Below are positions 24,471 through 37,547 of a stretch of DNA of 64,000 nucleotides, in pieces (position 1 is the first letter of the stretch; each line of letters opens with the position of its first letter). The stretch is from Zancudomyces culisetae HAW-14-8 (taxonomy: Eukaryota > Fungi > Kickxellomycota), in NCBI GenBank assembly GCA_052426225.1, contig JBNJNM010000008.1:1674001-1738000 (forward strand), written 5' to 3'. The notes under the pieces are model-generated. The model saw nothing but the letters and a program-made list of their open reading frames with translations. It did not search any database and was not told the origin of the DNA. The translations under genes were made by a program, and so were the position numbers.

Positions 24471-25457
24471 TAAATTGTGATTCTGTTTTCTTGAAAGTTA
24501 AATAAACAGTTTAGATGTAAAAGTCAATGTGTTTATTTATTACAAAACATCTAACAAGCAAATATCAAAAAATACTAATAAGTTCATTTCCTTTGTAATA
24601 ACAAAACCTGATTTGGTCGAGATATTGAGGAAGGTTATGCCCCTAAAAACCTATTTGCTCAATTTTTTTTTTCTTTTCCCTTCACCTTTATAGTTGTTAT
24701 TACCTTAGAGACATTTACTTTGTTTAAAGACAATTTGGTTCCTGTATCGTAACACAGCTCTTTATAGTAAATACCCCCCCAAAAAACATATATTTGCTAT
24801 TGATCTAGAGTCAACCTACAAACATCCAATTACCAATATGAATAATTCCAAGTCAAAACAAATTGACTTTTGACTTTACTAGATCTTTGTTAATTTATAC
24901 ATACATTTTGTTTTAACTATATATTTTTTATAGTACAATTTAGTTATGTTGCACCCAACAAGGTTTGGCTCACCATAGTAGTTGCTATCCAACTCAACCG
25001 AGAATAATAAGCTGACTATCTAACATTTTGTTTACCATGATTTCAAACAGTTTTAAAAAAACATTTAATGCTTTATTTTTATTTCGATATCACAATAGTT
25101 TCTATATCTCGTTTCTAGACACAGACTCCAAAACCACTACTAGGTTTTGAACCTACTAAGATTCCATATTTTTTTCCCCTCTTAATATTTATATTGTATT
25201 TTGTTAAACTTTTTGACTGAACGATATTAGGCCAGTCTACCAAAAGTTGTAACTCAACCAACTATTTTAACATTAAATATTGATGTTTTGAAAATACTAG
25301 AAGCTGGTCTATCCAATATTAATATTATAATATATTTTACTATTATACACTGTGGTTCTTGTGTAATCACTTTATTTTTGTAAAATAGAACATAGAGTAT
25401 ATTTCATTTAACGTTCAACACCAATGTACAATCAACTACAATATCTGAGGACAGTTA

Positions 25458-25716
25458 TTTTTTTGCTTAGATTTATTTATTAAATAAATATCACATAAAA
25501 CTACAAGAAATAATCCTATAAAATATCTACCTAACCAATTCCCCTCCGTCCCTCTAGGAACTCCATACCCACCGGGTGTTGGTTCAAGGAGGTTGTTTCT
25601 AGTTTAAGTCGTTCTAAGATTTGCGTGCTGGTTCGACATACTCCGTTCAAAAATTGTGCCGTTACCAGCTCAACCAAGGACGATGCTTCGGTTTCTCTCT
25701 TCTTAACAGACAGAGC
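25458..25716 (-). mobile_element. LINE family B 3' end with poly(A)
   Basis: Encodes LSVKKRETEASSL...LNQHPVGMEFLEGRRGIG*, followed by the B 3'UTR and an A-run. Confidence 0.9.
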
Positions 25717-25845
25717 TTTTTTTTGGTAGAAAATAAAATACATTTAGAAAATAAAAAGTTCCTAAAAAAACAATATATAATATAGACTCATCCTATTCTT
25801 CTTCGACTCTCTAAAGTTTGCGTACCCGGTAGACTTTGGTTCAAG
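25717..25845 (-). mobile_element. Short diverged LINE family A 3' end with poly(A), abutting the B tail
   Basis: cttgaacc...gggtacg...agagagtcgaag...aataggatgagt...tttctacc aaaaaaaa matches the A terminus. Confidence 0.85.
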
Positions 25846-26503
25846 AAGTACCGTATTGATTTTTTTAAGGGTATTATGCGGTATACATATAATGGGGTCA
25901 TTGATCAAATATACATTTACATCTTTCCTATCTTTCATACAAAAGTAATAAGGGATTTTTTTTTACGTAATCAAGTATTATTTTGCATAACAAAAAGGAA
26001 ACCATGTCAAGTATGCTGACTAGCCCATTTATGGGGGGTTTTTTTATTGTTTCATGAACATATATATGTCAACTTTCATATTCATGTGATATTTAGACTA
26101 TTTATCTGTTTATAAGATCAGGATTGTGGATAGTCCAAAAAGTATACTTTCTTAAATGTGTCCATTTCAAAGTTATAATTCTCATTACACGGAAAAATGC
26201 ATGTTTTAATCTGGGAAAAAGAAATTTGGTTGTTACAAATCGTCGCTAAATTTTGAAACATTGTAAATGTTTTTTTTAGCTGAGTGGAGAGAAGAGCAAG
26301 GCCAAAAGTTAATTTGCAAACAAGATATAGTTTCATGCTGACCAGGTTATTCAACTTGACACAACTACTTTTGTTCATTTGACATCTGTCCAATTACTCA
26401 CCTCGACATATATATAAATCGCTTTTCCTTGTCTATTTTTACTTTGCAATAACAATTTATTTCTCAAGACAAAAACTCTTAAACCACAAAAAAACCAAAG
26501 AAA

Positions 26504-27712
26504 ATGACTGTAGATCAAGAACCAGCTTCAGTATCCAGATTCAGAAAGTACCTCCAAATCAAGAGTGTACACCCAAAGCCTGACTATGAATCAATCAAAA
26601 ACTATTTGATTCAGCAGGCAGAAGAAATTGGTTTAGAGCATCAAGTTGTTGAGTGTGTTGAGGGCAAGCCAATAATTATTATCAAACTCGCTGGCTCAGA
26701 CCCCACTCAAAAATCCATACTGCTGAACTCACATACCGATGTGGTGCCAGTATTTGAAGATCAATGGAAATATCCTCCGTTTGCTGCAGAGAGAGTGCTT
26801 GAGGATGGTGAATACAAAATATACGCACGTGGATCACAAGACATGAAGGCACAAGGATTCTCGTACATGGAAGCATTGAGAGCAATAAAGAATTCAGGTC
26901 AAAAGCTGACCAGAAATGTGTTTGCAGTATATGTACCAGATGAGGAGATAGGAGGAGCCGATGGTATGGGTGCATTTACTGAAACAAAGGAGTTTGAGGA
27001 CCTGAATGCAGGATTTGACGTAGATGAGGGTGTGAATGCTCCAACCGACTTCACATTTCTATCAACATCCGAACGCCTTGGAAGTGCCGTTAAATTCACT
27101 GCACATGGAAACACGGGACACGGAAGTCAGTTTATTGAAGGAACAGCGATTGAAAAACTGCTACCAGTTATAAACGCCGTGATGGCTCTTCGAGACATAG
27201 AGTACAAAAAATATAGCGTGATGGGTGCTGCTAAACTTCTTCGACAAGGCGAAGCCACAGCAATAAATCTGACTATACTGGAAGGAGGAAAGCAACAAAA
27301 CGTGGTTCCAGCCACCTATTCTGTTACCTTTGACATCAGAGTAGCACCTAATCGCGATATATTAGAATTCAGAAAAATGATCTCCGACATTGCTGAAACA
27401 AACGGTGTTGAGTGTCAGTTCCTTTCCACCGATACTGTAAACCCAGTCACTAAATTTGACTTACAAGACCCATTCTTTGCGGCCATAGATAGAACATTCA
27501 AGAAGCATGATCAAAAATATTCTGAATTCATCATGCCTGCCTTTACAGACGCTAGATATGTTAGGCGTAAGGGAATCCCTGCCGTTGGAATATCACCATG
27601 CTTAAATCAACCTATTTTAGCACATGCCCACAATGAGTTTGTATTTGAAAGTGGTTATCTAAAGGCGATTGAATTCTACACTGATTTGATTATAGATTTG
27701 TCCAATGTCTAA
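26504..27712 (+). CDS. ACY1: Aminoacylase-1 (peptidase M20A)
   Basis: LLNSHTDVVP, IYARGSQDMK, VPDEEIGG, GHGSQF, TDARY and HAHNE motifs. Confidence 0.92.
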   Translation: MTVDQEPASVSRFRKYLQIKSVHPKPDYESIKNYLIQQAEEIGLEHQVVECVEGKPIIIIKLAGSDPTQKSILLNSHTDVVPVFEDQWKYPPFAAERVLEDGEYKIYARGSQDMKAQGFSYMEALRAIKNSGQKLTRNVFAVYVPDEEIGGADGMGAFTETKEFEDLNAGFDVDEGVNAPTDFTFLSTSERLGSAVKFTAHGNTGHGSQFIEGTAIEKLLPVINAVMALRDIEYKKYSVMGAAKLLRQGEATAINLTILEGGKQQNVVPATYSVTFDIRVAPNRDILEFRKMISDIAETNGVECQFLSTDTVNPVTKFDLQDPFFAAIDRTFKKHDQKYSEFIMPAFTDARYVRRKGIPAVGISPCLNQPILAHAHNEFVFESGYLKAIEFYTDLIIDLSNV

Positions 27713-28371
27713 TTTTTTTCCCTTTATTTATTTTATTTATGAGGAATATTTGTTTGACTATTTTTTTTGGTGATACAGTTGAGACAAAACAATTATAATA
27801 AAGTTGGTATTTTTTGAGCTACTTCTCAAAAACTGATACAAAACATCTACAACCCAAATCTATAACACTTGTTGGTCTGAAGTATTAAGGCTGTATTGTC
27901 TTGATGCTGGCAAAGCTTACAAATACCATATATGTAAGGCTTCCCTTGTGGTTGTTACCCCAATAACTAGTATTCTTGCTGAATATTAATGTAAGTGTGT
28001 TGTGCCAATATTAAAAGAAGCAAAAATTAAGGAACTGCAATTTCTCATGTTTCCGCGTTTTTCTATTAACATCACGTTAATAAACCGAATTCCTGTTCTT
28101 TTCATATTTTATTTTTTTTAGTAAACAGCAAAAGCAATGCTGAAAATTTTTTTTCTTAATTCGTAACACTGTAAAGTAGTTGATATAACCCGGCTATGAA
28201 AAGTCTTGTAAAAAAAAAAAAGTTTGTATTATTTGACTATTGGTTAAAAGTGCACTTTATGCTATTCTTTAGAAATTAATGAAATTAATAAAAAAAAATG
28301 AAAAAACACGAAAAAGGCGTATAGAAATAATCAAATAAAAAAGAAAAACAGATATAGCTGATCTAAATTAA

Positions 28372-30102
<1,731 letters not shown>

Positions 30103-30492
30103 TTCTCAATTTTTTATTCTTTTTACATTTTTACTCCCTGAGCACAAGAGCTTACCAACACACATTAGTTTTCTAAATATACCGGTTACATAAGCACGAA
30201 ACGCCGCAATGACTCTACCAACTTTTGTTTTTCATCAAAACCAGCTGGCTGACTTGCACTAGCGCGAATAACTAACACACACACAAGCAAATAATTTTGG
30301 AAAAACATTCTTTTTAGTTTTAATAGGTATAACTTTGCCTCTGGGATTTATTTTCAACAATTTTAGAAAAAATAGAGATAGGAAAAATCTTGTGGCTTTT
30401 CATCTAAACAATCGTTGAGATGGAAATTTTGCTAAATCAAACCGATCTCATAACTCGTTTAAAAACTATCGTTATTCCGCATTTTTCCCAGA

Positions 30493-30780
30493 TTAATGAC
30501 CTGCGGCCTTGTGTTTCTTAGCCTGAAGCTCCTCATAGTATGGGTTGTTTGGATCATCAACAAATTTGTCGGCTATTGAATTTTATCAGTGAAGGGGGTG
30601 ATATAGTATAATTTTATTAAAGTGCCTATTTTTATTATTAATGCAAACTTGCAACTTACCCATACATGCAACTCTTTGGATCTTGTTTGCATAGTACAAA
30701 GTAACGCCACCGCCTATAAAGAACGGGTACATTAGTTTAACATATGGGAAAGGAAATCTTCTCATACCAAGGAATGTCAT
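30493..30780 (-). CDS. ATP18: Mitochondrial ATP synthase subunit i/j; exons 30780-30660, 30572-30493; probable 5'UTR intron 30914-30781
   Basis: Spliced product MTFLGMRRFPFPYVKLMYPFFIGGGVTLYYANKIQRVACMADKFVDDPNNPYYEELQAKKHKAAGH* has the Atp18 pattern RFPxP..YPFF..G...F..DP.NP. Confidence 0.85.
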
Positions 30781-31558
30781 CTATTTTTTTCAGTTTTGTA
30801 GTTTAAAACACAATCAAGTACATATTGAATCCCTGTAAGAACAATGAATCGAAGTATATTATATCGGAAAATTAAACCTTACAGTTTTAAAAGTAATTAG
30901 TATTGGAAACTTACCTTGAATCAACCGCACAAATGTTCACTCGATTTTATGTATTTAAAAAAATTTTACTTAATATTTACTTTAAAATATATAGTAATAT
31001 ACAATAAAGATTTTTTTTCATAAAGTTTATCAGCGATTTAATCTTGCCCCTCCCCCCTAACTTTAATTCTCAATTTTATTATTATTATTTTTTTTTTCGA
31101 AATGCCGCTGATAACATAAAACAGATTAGTTAGCATTCAATTTTCAAACCAAATTGCAGTTTAGCTCGTTCAAAAAACACAGGAGTTGTTTTTTTTTTCG
31201 CAGTTCTTGCGGGGACAGGGGGGGTATAAAAATTATGAATTGTTCCAAATAGTACTAAGCCCTCGAAATATGGGCGGAAATGCGAATGAAAGTGTGCAAA
31301 CATTTTTCCCTGTGATAAAATTCCCATCTGGATCACCACTCATTTGAAGCCCCCCCCCACCCACATACAATTTCAACTTCACCAGCCAATATGCAATAAA
31401 AAAAATTTTCGGCTGAAATCGATTAGCTGATATCTTTATTTTTCAAGAAAAACAAAACTCGCCCTAAATATATCATTTTATGCAATTTTGCTAATGTAAA
31501 GAGGCATCAACCTACTTTTTGTAAAAAAAATATCAATCATCAATTAAAATAACACAAA

Positions 31559-32166
31559 ATGTCCAAGGTACTTAAGGGAATCGTCGAAAAATCAGGCCTA
31601 TCCAACACTGACAAATATTTGGCCAAGGACAAAAACATATTTAGCTTGCTGAACACTCAGAAAAATAGCGGAATAGGCTGCAAAGTGGTAAGTAAACCTA
31701 TTCAATTTTGATCTGTAACTGTTGTATTAAAGGTATATTGGAGTCTGTATTTGCTTGTGCTAAATTACTTTTCTGTTTCTTTAAACAAAATCTAGATTCC
31801 TGCTGAATTTGTAAAGAAAAATCTAAAGAATTGTTACTTTGAAATTACCCGAATTAAATACAGATTATACAATGGCGAGCCTAAACATGGAAAAGCATTT
31901 GGTGTAAAAGTGTGGAATGGTAAGTAGAATGTCAGAATGCTATCAAAATTAATAGTTCAAATACTCTACTTTAAAATTATAATCCCTTCCGTTAATGATA
32001 TTGACTGTAAATGCTTTTACTGATCTATTTATTTGTTTACTTCTTTACAGGTCACGTATCAAGAGAAATCAAAAAGATACCAAATGTTTATAGAAAACCT
32101 TGGTATATATATTCAGACAGTCTGTTTAGCAGCTCCTCAGTTCGGAAGACAGAGAACAAGGAATAA
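31559..32166 (+). CDS. Mitochondrial ribosomal protein mS34-like; exons 31559-31687, 31796-31919, 32051-32166 (absent from the ORF track)
   Basis: Spliced product has KNIFSLL...GIGCKV...CYFEITRIK...KHGKAFGVKVWNG...YRKPW, a pattern like MRP-S34 (G.G..V, Y..ITRV, HGKAWG, W). Introns are canonical. Confidence 0.75.
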
Positions 32167-32405
32167 ATTTTTAGTTACTTTTCCCTTTAGATTAGCTGCT
32201 GTATGAAAACACAGCTTTTATTGATGTCATTCTTCTAGATTAGCCATTAAAACTTTTTATATTCTGTAGATTTGAGGAAAAGCCTTTAGCCTTGTTACTC
32301 ATTAATTTGAAACTATTTCAGTGTTATATTAATCATTCTAAACTCAGTATAGAATGCTCGAGATGTCTTTTATCGCAGAAAAAAGATTATTTAGATAACA
32401 AACAG

Positions 32406-32503
32406 TTTTTTGTGTTAGTTGGTTTTATTAAAAATATATCACATTGGATTACAAAATAATTCTACATAACATCTATCTACCGATTTCCCTTCAATTTTTA
32501 TTC
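32406..32503 (-). mobile_element. Degenerate family-B-like LINE 3'UTR at the distal end of the RPS28 stack
   Basis: Reverse strand aagggaaatcggtagatagatgttatgtagaattattttgta...atttttaataaaaccaactaacacaaaaaa aligns with the B 3'UTR. Confidence 0.65.
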
Positions 32504-32526
32504 TTTTCTCAATATTTATCTGTTTA

Positions 32527-33023
32527 TTTTCTGTAGAAAAAAAATTTATTTAGAAAATAAACAGTTCCTAAAAATAAAAACAATCTATATTCTAAACTCA
32601 TCCTATCCCCCTTCAACTCTCTAGAGTCTCCGTACCCGATGGGCATTGGTTCAAGGGGAGTGGGACTACACTAATGTCTTTCAACACTAGGTAGCGAGGT
32701 AAAAAGGTCTCGTTAAGAAACCGGGCTGTGGAAACCACTGCTCTAACGCAAGTGGCGTTTGGATCCCGAAGAATCCCAGGTAGTTTGAGCTTTAACTCCT
32801 CCCCCAGGAGTTTACCCACGATTTTCCTGCGAAGCTCAACACACTCGGAAATCGTGCTAGATAAAAAAGAACTATAATAATCTATAAATTCAGTAAGTAA
32901 ATCCTTCCTAATCTCGTCCCATCTACTGCAATCTAATAAGTAATGCTCAACTGTTTCTTTTTCTTCTTTCTTACAGAACGGACATTTGGCTTTGTAATCT
33001 GGATCTATGAAACCCGAATTTGC
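32527..33023 (-). mobile_element. 5'-truncated LINE family A copy
   Basis: Starts at gcaaattcggg (ANSGFID) directly after the poly(A) of the next copy and runs through the A 3'UTR. Confidence 0.93.
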
Positions 33024-33595
33024 TTTTTTTTTTTTTTTTTTCGGTAGAAAAAAGAATTTATTTAGAAAATAAAAAGTTCCTAAAAATAAAAACAATCTAT
33101 ATTCTAAACTCATCCTATTCCCCTTCGACTCTCTAGAGTCTCCGTACCCGATGGGCATTGGTTCAAGGGGAGTGGGACTACACTAATATCTTTCAACACT
33201 AGGTAGCGAGGTAAAAAGGTCTCGTTAAGAAACCGGGCTGTGGAAACCACTGCTCTAACGCAAGTGGCGTTTGGATCCCGAAGAATCCCAGGTAGTTTGA
33301 GCTTTAACTCCTCCCCCAGGAGTTTACCCACGATTTTCCTGCGAAGCTCAACACACTCGGAAATCGTGCTAGATAAAAAAGAACTATAATAATCTATAAA
33401 TTCAGTAAGTAAATCCTTCCTAATCTCGTCCCATCTGCTGCAATCTAATAAGTAATGCTCAACTGTTTCTTTTTCTTCTTTCTTACAGAACGGACATTTG
33501 GCTTTGTAATCTGGATCTATGAAACCCGAATTTGCTAATCTCGTGGCGGTCCAAAATTGACCTATTCGAATTCGACCTACGAAAAGAATGTGTTT
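33024..33595 (-). mobile_element. 5'-truncated LINE family A copy (host of the full-length insertion; its 5' stub is at 39579-39615)
   Basis: A-family ORF2 end, 3'UTR and an 18-nt poly(A). The sequence continues at 39579-39615 through the TSD. Confidence 0.93.
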
Positions 33596-33685
33596 TTTTT
33601 TTTTTTTTTTTTTCGGTAGAAAAAAAAATTTATTTAGAAAATAAACAGTTCCTATAAACAATTAAAAACAATCTATAATCTAAAC

Positions 33686-36600
33686 TCATCCTATCCCCCT
33701 TCGACTCTCTAGAGTCTCCGTACCCGATGGGCATTGGTTCAAGGGGAGTGGGACTACACTAATGTCTTTCAACACTAGGTAGCGAGGTAAAAAGGTCTCG
33801 TTAAGAAACCGGGCTGTGGAAACCACTGCTCTAACGCAAGTGGCGTTTGGATCCCGAAGAATCCCAGGTAGTTTGAGCTTTAACTCCTCCCCCAGGAGTT
33901 TACCCACGATTTTCCTGCGAAGCTCAACACACTCGGAAATCGTGCTAGATAAAAAAGAACTATAAAAATCTATAAATTCGGTAAGTAAATCATTCCTAAT
34001 TTCGTCCCATCTGCTGCAATCTAATAGGTAATGTTCAACTGTTTCTTTTTCTTCTTTCTTACAGAACGGACATTTGGCTTTGTAATCTGGATCTATAAAA
34101 CCCGAATTTGCTAATCTCGTGGCGGTCCAAAATTGGCCTATTCGAATTCGACCTACGAAAAGAATGTGTTTCATGTACTGTGGAAAGGCCGCTTGTAAGT
34201 CGACCCAGTTCCTTTGTCGGCCTGCTCCAACTTCCTTTATCCACTTTGTAATATTCGACTTGTCTTTCAGTCTGTTGTTTATCTCGAGTGTCTCTTTGGT
34301 TTTTCTTATCTCTCCGGTTGGTACATTATCAATCTTGATCCTGTTGAATCTGTTAGACCACCTTGTGTACCCTGTGACCCAAGTGTCCTTCGAGTGTTTG
34401 AAGGGGTTCTGTATTAAATCTGCTATCCATGTTTTCATGCCACTCCATTTGTGGAATGCTCTGTCTCTAGCTCTGGTCGTTCTACTGTAAATATCTGTTA
34501 TATTTAATTCTTCTCGCAATCTCCTCATACATGTCGATCTGCCCACTCCCATGGCTATTCTTATCGCGTTGTCCACGGCTTGCTGTATCGGTTTTACCCT
34601 TGCTTCAGACATGCCGAACATTTCACCTCCATACCCAGCGACCGCAATGACTATCGACCTAATTACCATCTTTTTCATCAACAGCGGTGTATTTCTGTCT
34701 TTGAGTAGATAGTAGTTGCTCATGGTTGCTCTTTGTACTTTTTCTTTCCTCTCCTGTATGTGTAGCTTGTTATTCCAATATTTATTGAATATAACACCCA
34801 AGTATTTATATTCATCTACTTCTGGTACTTTTGCACTTCCCAAAAAGTATTCTGGAATCGTAATTTCAATATTATTGTTATTTTCGTCGCTTGTTCTATT
34901 CACTGCTTCAACTGTCATAATCGCACTCTTGCTAGCATTCACCTTCATGTCCCACTTCTGACACCATTGCTGCATCATGTTAAGAGCTTCTTGCATCTGT
35001 TCTGGGGTGTCTGACAATAAAACTGTATCGTCTGCAAATAGTAGTCCCGGAATTTTTTCTTGAATTCCTGGTACTTCTATTCCCTCCATTCCTTCAAATA
35101 TATCGTTGATAAAAATATCAAAAAGCATTGGTGAGGCTGGGCATCCTTGGCGAACACCTCTTTCGAAGTTCATCGCCTCCGATAATCCATTTCCTACCCT
35201 TACTTTTATTTTTGCGTTATTATAGAGTTCTTTAATTACTGCCAGTAATTTACCATTAATTTTGTTCATTTTTAATTTTTTGAATAATAAATTGTGTTGC
35301 ACTTTGTCGTAGGCTTTTTCAAAATCAATAAAACAAATTATGGTTTTTGTATTATTGATTTTTCGCCTTTTTATAATTTCGTATAGCGCTGTGGCTTGAG
35401 CTACGCATTCCTCCAGTGTCCTGAATCCCGCTTGCTCTTTTGCTAATAATATATGTCTATTATCTATTAATCTTAATTTATTAGCGACTATTTTGGCTAT
35501 AAGTTTGGTTATGGTTGGGATTAGCGAAATCCCCCTATAATTGTTTGGGTCTTTAGTGTTTCCTTTTTTGAAAATAGGAACGATTACGCTGGTATTGTTT
35601 TCACTGTTTAACTTTGGATTATTCCAGAATTTTTTAATTATGGTTAATAAAAGTACTGCAAGTTCCGATTCTGGATCTTCATCGCTCTGTATAAATTTCC
35701 AGATTTCGCTCGGAATGCCATCTTCACCCGCTGCTTTGTTTCTCGGAGTTTCTTTTAGCGCTTCTTTAACTTCTGTCCATGTTGGTTCTTCGTCGCATTC
35801 TCTGAAGTAGTCCACTTCCTCCTCTCTTTCTTCTGGGATTGTGTTTAATGCTGAGTTTTCATTCTTCGATAGCTTGTAGAAATGTTTTATCCATACTTTG
35901 AGTTTTTCTGCCTCCTCTGTTATCTCCCTTCCTGATTCATCCAGGACTCCTCCGTTATTAAACACAGATTTTTTATTTAGAGCTCTCATTTTTAACCATC
36001 TCCACATCGTCTTGGCATCATTGCCTTTGATGTGTTCACATAGTTTCACTAACTCCTTTTTATTATGTAATTTTTGGTCACTTTTTATTAGCTTTGAAGT
36101 TTTAGATTTCATCTGGACGTAATCATTATAAAACAGCTCTTTCTCGTGTTCATCACAAGTTCTGAGCATTTTTTTGAACAATTTGCAACGAAGTTTGATC
36201 ATCTTTCGCGTTTTTTTACTTAAAAAATGTTGATTTTTTTTGGCTTCGGAATTTTTTTCGGCCAATTTCTCATTATTTTTTGGGTTTGGATTATTTTTTC
36301 TTGTAATCTTATCCATCAATTTTTTAGTCTCATTAACGGTTTCACTGATTAGTTCGTCAGTTTCGTTAAGAGATGTCAAAATTGAAAATTTATTGTGAGT
36401 TCTGAACAGTTCTGATTTTTGGTCCAATAGTTTCCGGTTGACAATTTTTTTTTGCTGCTCTGGTTTAATTTCCTCAATGGTAAAGTTGGCTGTAATAGCC
36501 AGATGATCACTGAGGTCAATTTTTTTGTGTAGTTTTGTTGTCACGAATTGTCCTACTGTGGGGGTATAAAAGATGTGATCGATGGTGTTCTTCAGTCGCT

Positions 36601-37432
36601 TTTTTGTTATCCTAGTTCCGCTTCGTTTCCTTGTCGGGGCTCTCCTGACTATACACCTGAGTTTTTTCAACCATGGTGTGACGATGCTCGTCCTCATGTT
36701 GAAGTCTCCGCATAGTATTATTTTTATTTCTCTGTTTCTACCGTATTCTTTGTTTATAAAGTCTTCTACTTCCTTCTTCATCTGTGTCCTTTCTCTGGGC
36801 TTGTGTGGTGTGTGTACATTCACAACCATCACTTCCAGTCTTTTATGCTCCTTTTCTGTATATCCATGTATTTTTGCGGCCATCCAGGTATTATTATTTT
36901 TATACTCCTCTATGTGCCAGCCAATATTTTTTTTTACCCCCACTAGAAGACCAGAACCCGTCTTTAGTGTCGGCCTTTTTGACTCTACACATGTGTAGCC
37001 ATTTATGTTCATCCTCCCAGACTTCTCCTGCAGGTGGGTCTCCTGCAAGCATAGTATGGTTGGATTTACTTTGGTTAAAAAATAATCTAATTCATATTTT
37101 TTATTTTTTATTGAGCATACGTTGTATGTCATTATTTTTAGGTTAATTTTTTCATTTTTTTTTTCAATTTTTTTTTGGTATAAATTTTTTGTTTTTTTGT
37201 TTTTTAAATTTTTCTCTCTTTCATTTTTATTTTCTTCAACTTTTAGTATACACTTTAATTTTTTTTCCAACTTCAATTTATTTAGGTCGGTAATGCGAAT
37301 CATGGAGCCGTCGATTTTTTGGATTTCGAAGCGGTAAGATTTATTTTTCTGTTTGATTTTTTTAACGTGTAAATTTTTTTTTTCGATTTTTGTGATGAAC
37401 GAAAAAAAATATTTTACAGTTTTCTGAGACAA
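33686..37432 (-). CDS. LINE ORF2: APE endonuclease, reverse transcriptase and C-terminal CCHC zinc finger
   Basis: IMTYNV, LCLQET, CGDFN, IDHIF and SDH (APE); KAAGEDG, NYRGISL, FIDFEKAYDKV, GVRQGCPASP, LFADD and YKYLG (RT); CPFC...EHYLLDC. The ORF opens at TTG and the first ATG is at 37303. Confidence 0.97.
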   Translation of the reverse strand: MSQKTVKYFFSFITKIEKKNLHVKKIKQKNKSYRFEIQKIDGSMIRITDLNKLKLEKKLKCILKVEENKNEREKNLKNKKTKNLYQKKIEKKNEKINLKIMTYNVCSIKNKKYELDYFLTKVNPTILCLQETHLQEKSGRMNINGYTCVESKRPTLKTGSGLLVGVKKNIGWHIEEYKNNNTWMAAKIHGYTEKEHKRLEVMVVNVHTPHKPRERTQMKKEVEDFINKEYGRNREIKIILCGDFNMRTSIVTPWLKKLRCIVRRAPTRKRSGTRITKKRLKNTIDHIFYTPTVGQFVTTKLHKKIDLSDHLAITANFTIEEIKPEQQKKIVNRKLLDQKSELFRTHNKFSILTSLNETDELISETVNETKKLMDKITRKNNPNPKNNEKLAEKNSEAKKNQHFLSKKTRKMIKLRCKLFKKMLRTCDEHEKELFYNDYVQMKSKTSKLIKSDQKLHNKKELVKLCEHIKGNDAKTMWRWLKMRALNKKSVFNNGGVLDESGREITEEAEKLKVWIKHFYKLSKNENSALNTIPEEREEEVDYFRECDEEPTWTEVKEALKETPRNKAAGEDGIPSEIWKFIQSDEDPESELAVLLLTIIKKFWNNPKLNSENNTSVIVPIFKKGNTKDPNNYRGISLIPTITKLIAKIVANKLRLIDNRHILLAKEQAGFRTLEECVAQATALYEIIKRRKINNTKTIICFIDFEKAYDKVQHNLLFKKLKMNKINGKLLAVIKELYNNAKIKVRVGNGLSEAMNFERGVRQGCPASPMLFDIFINDIFEGMEGIEVPGIQEKIPGLLFADDTVLLSDTPEQMQEALNMMQQWCQKWDMKVNASKSAIMTVEAVNRTSDENNNNIEITIPEYFLGSAKVPEVDEYKYLGVIFNKYWNNKLHIQERKEKVQRATMSNYYLLKDRNTPLLMKKMVIRSIVIAVAGYGGEMFGMSEARVKPIQQAVDNAIRIAMGVGRSTCMRRLREELNITDIYSRTTRARDRAFHKWSGMKTWIADLIQNPFKHSKDTWVTGYTRWSNRFNRIKIDNVPTGEIRKTKETLEINNRLKDKSNITKWIKEVGAGRQRNWVDLQAAFPQYMKHILFVGRIRIGQFWTATRLANSGFIDPDYKAKCPFCKKEEKETVEHYLLDCSRWDEIRNDLLTEFIDFYSSFLSSTISECVELRRKIVGKLLGEELKLKLPGILRDPNATCVRAVVSTARFLNETFLPRYLVLKDISVVPLPLNQCPSGTETLESRRGIG

Positions 37433-37547
37433 TTCTGGTATGTTGAGTACCAGTAGTTTATCAGTTATGATATTTGTTGTTATTTTTGTTTGTGTTGTTG
37501 TTGTTGTTATTGTTGTACTTATGTATTTCTGTTACTTGAATAGGATG

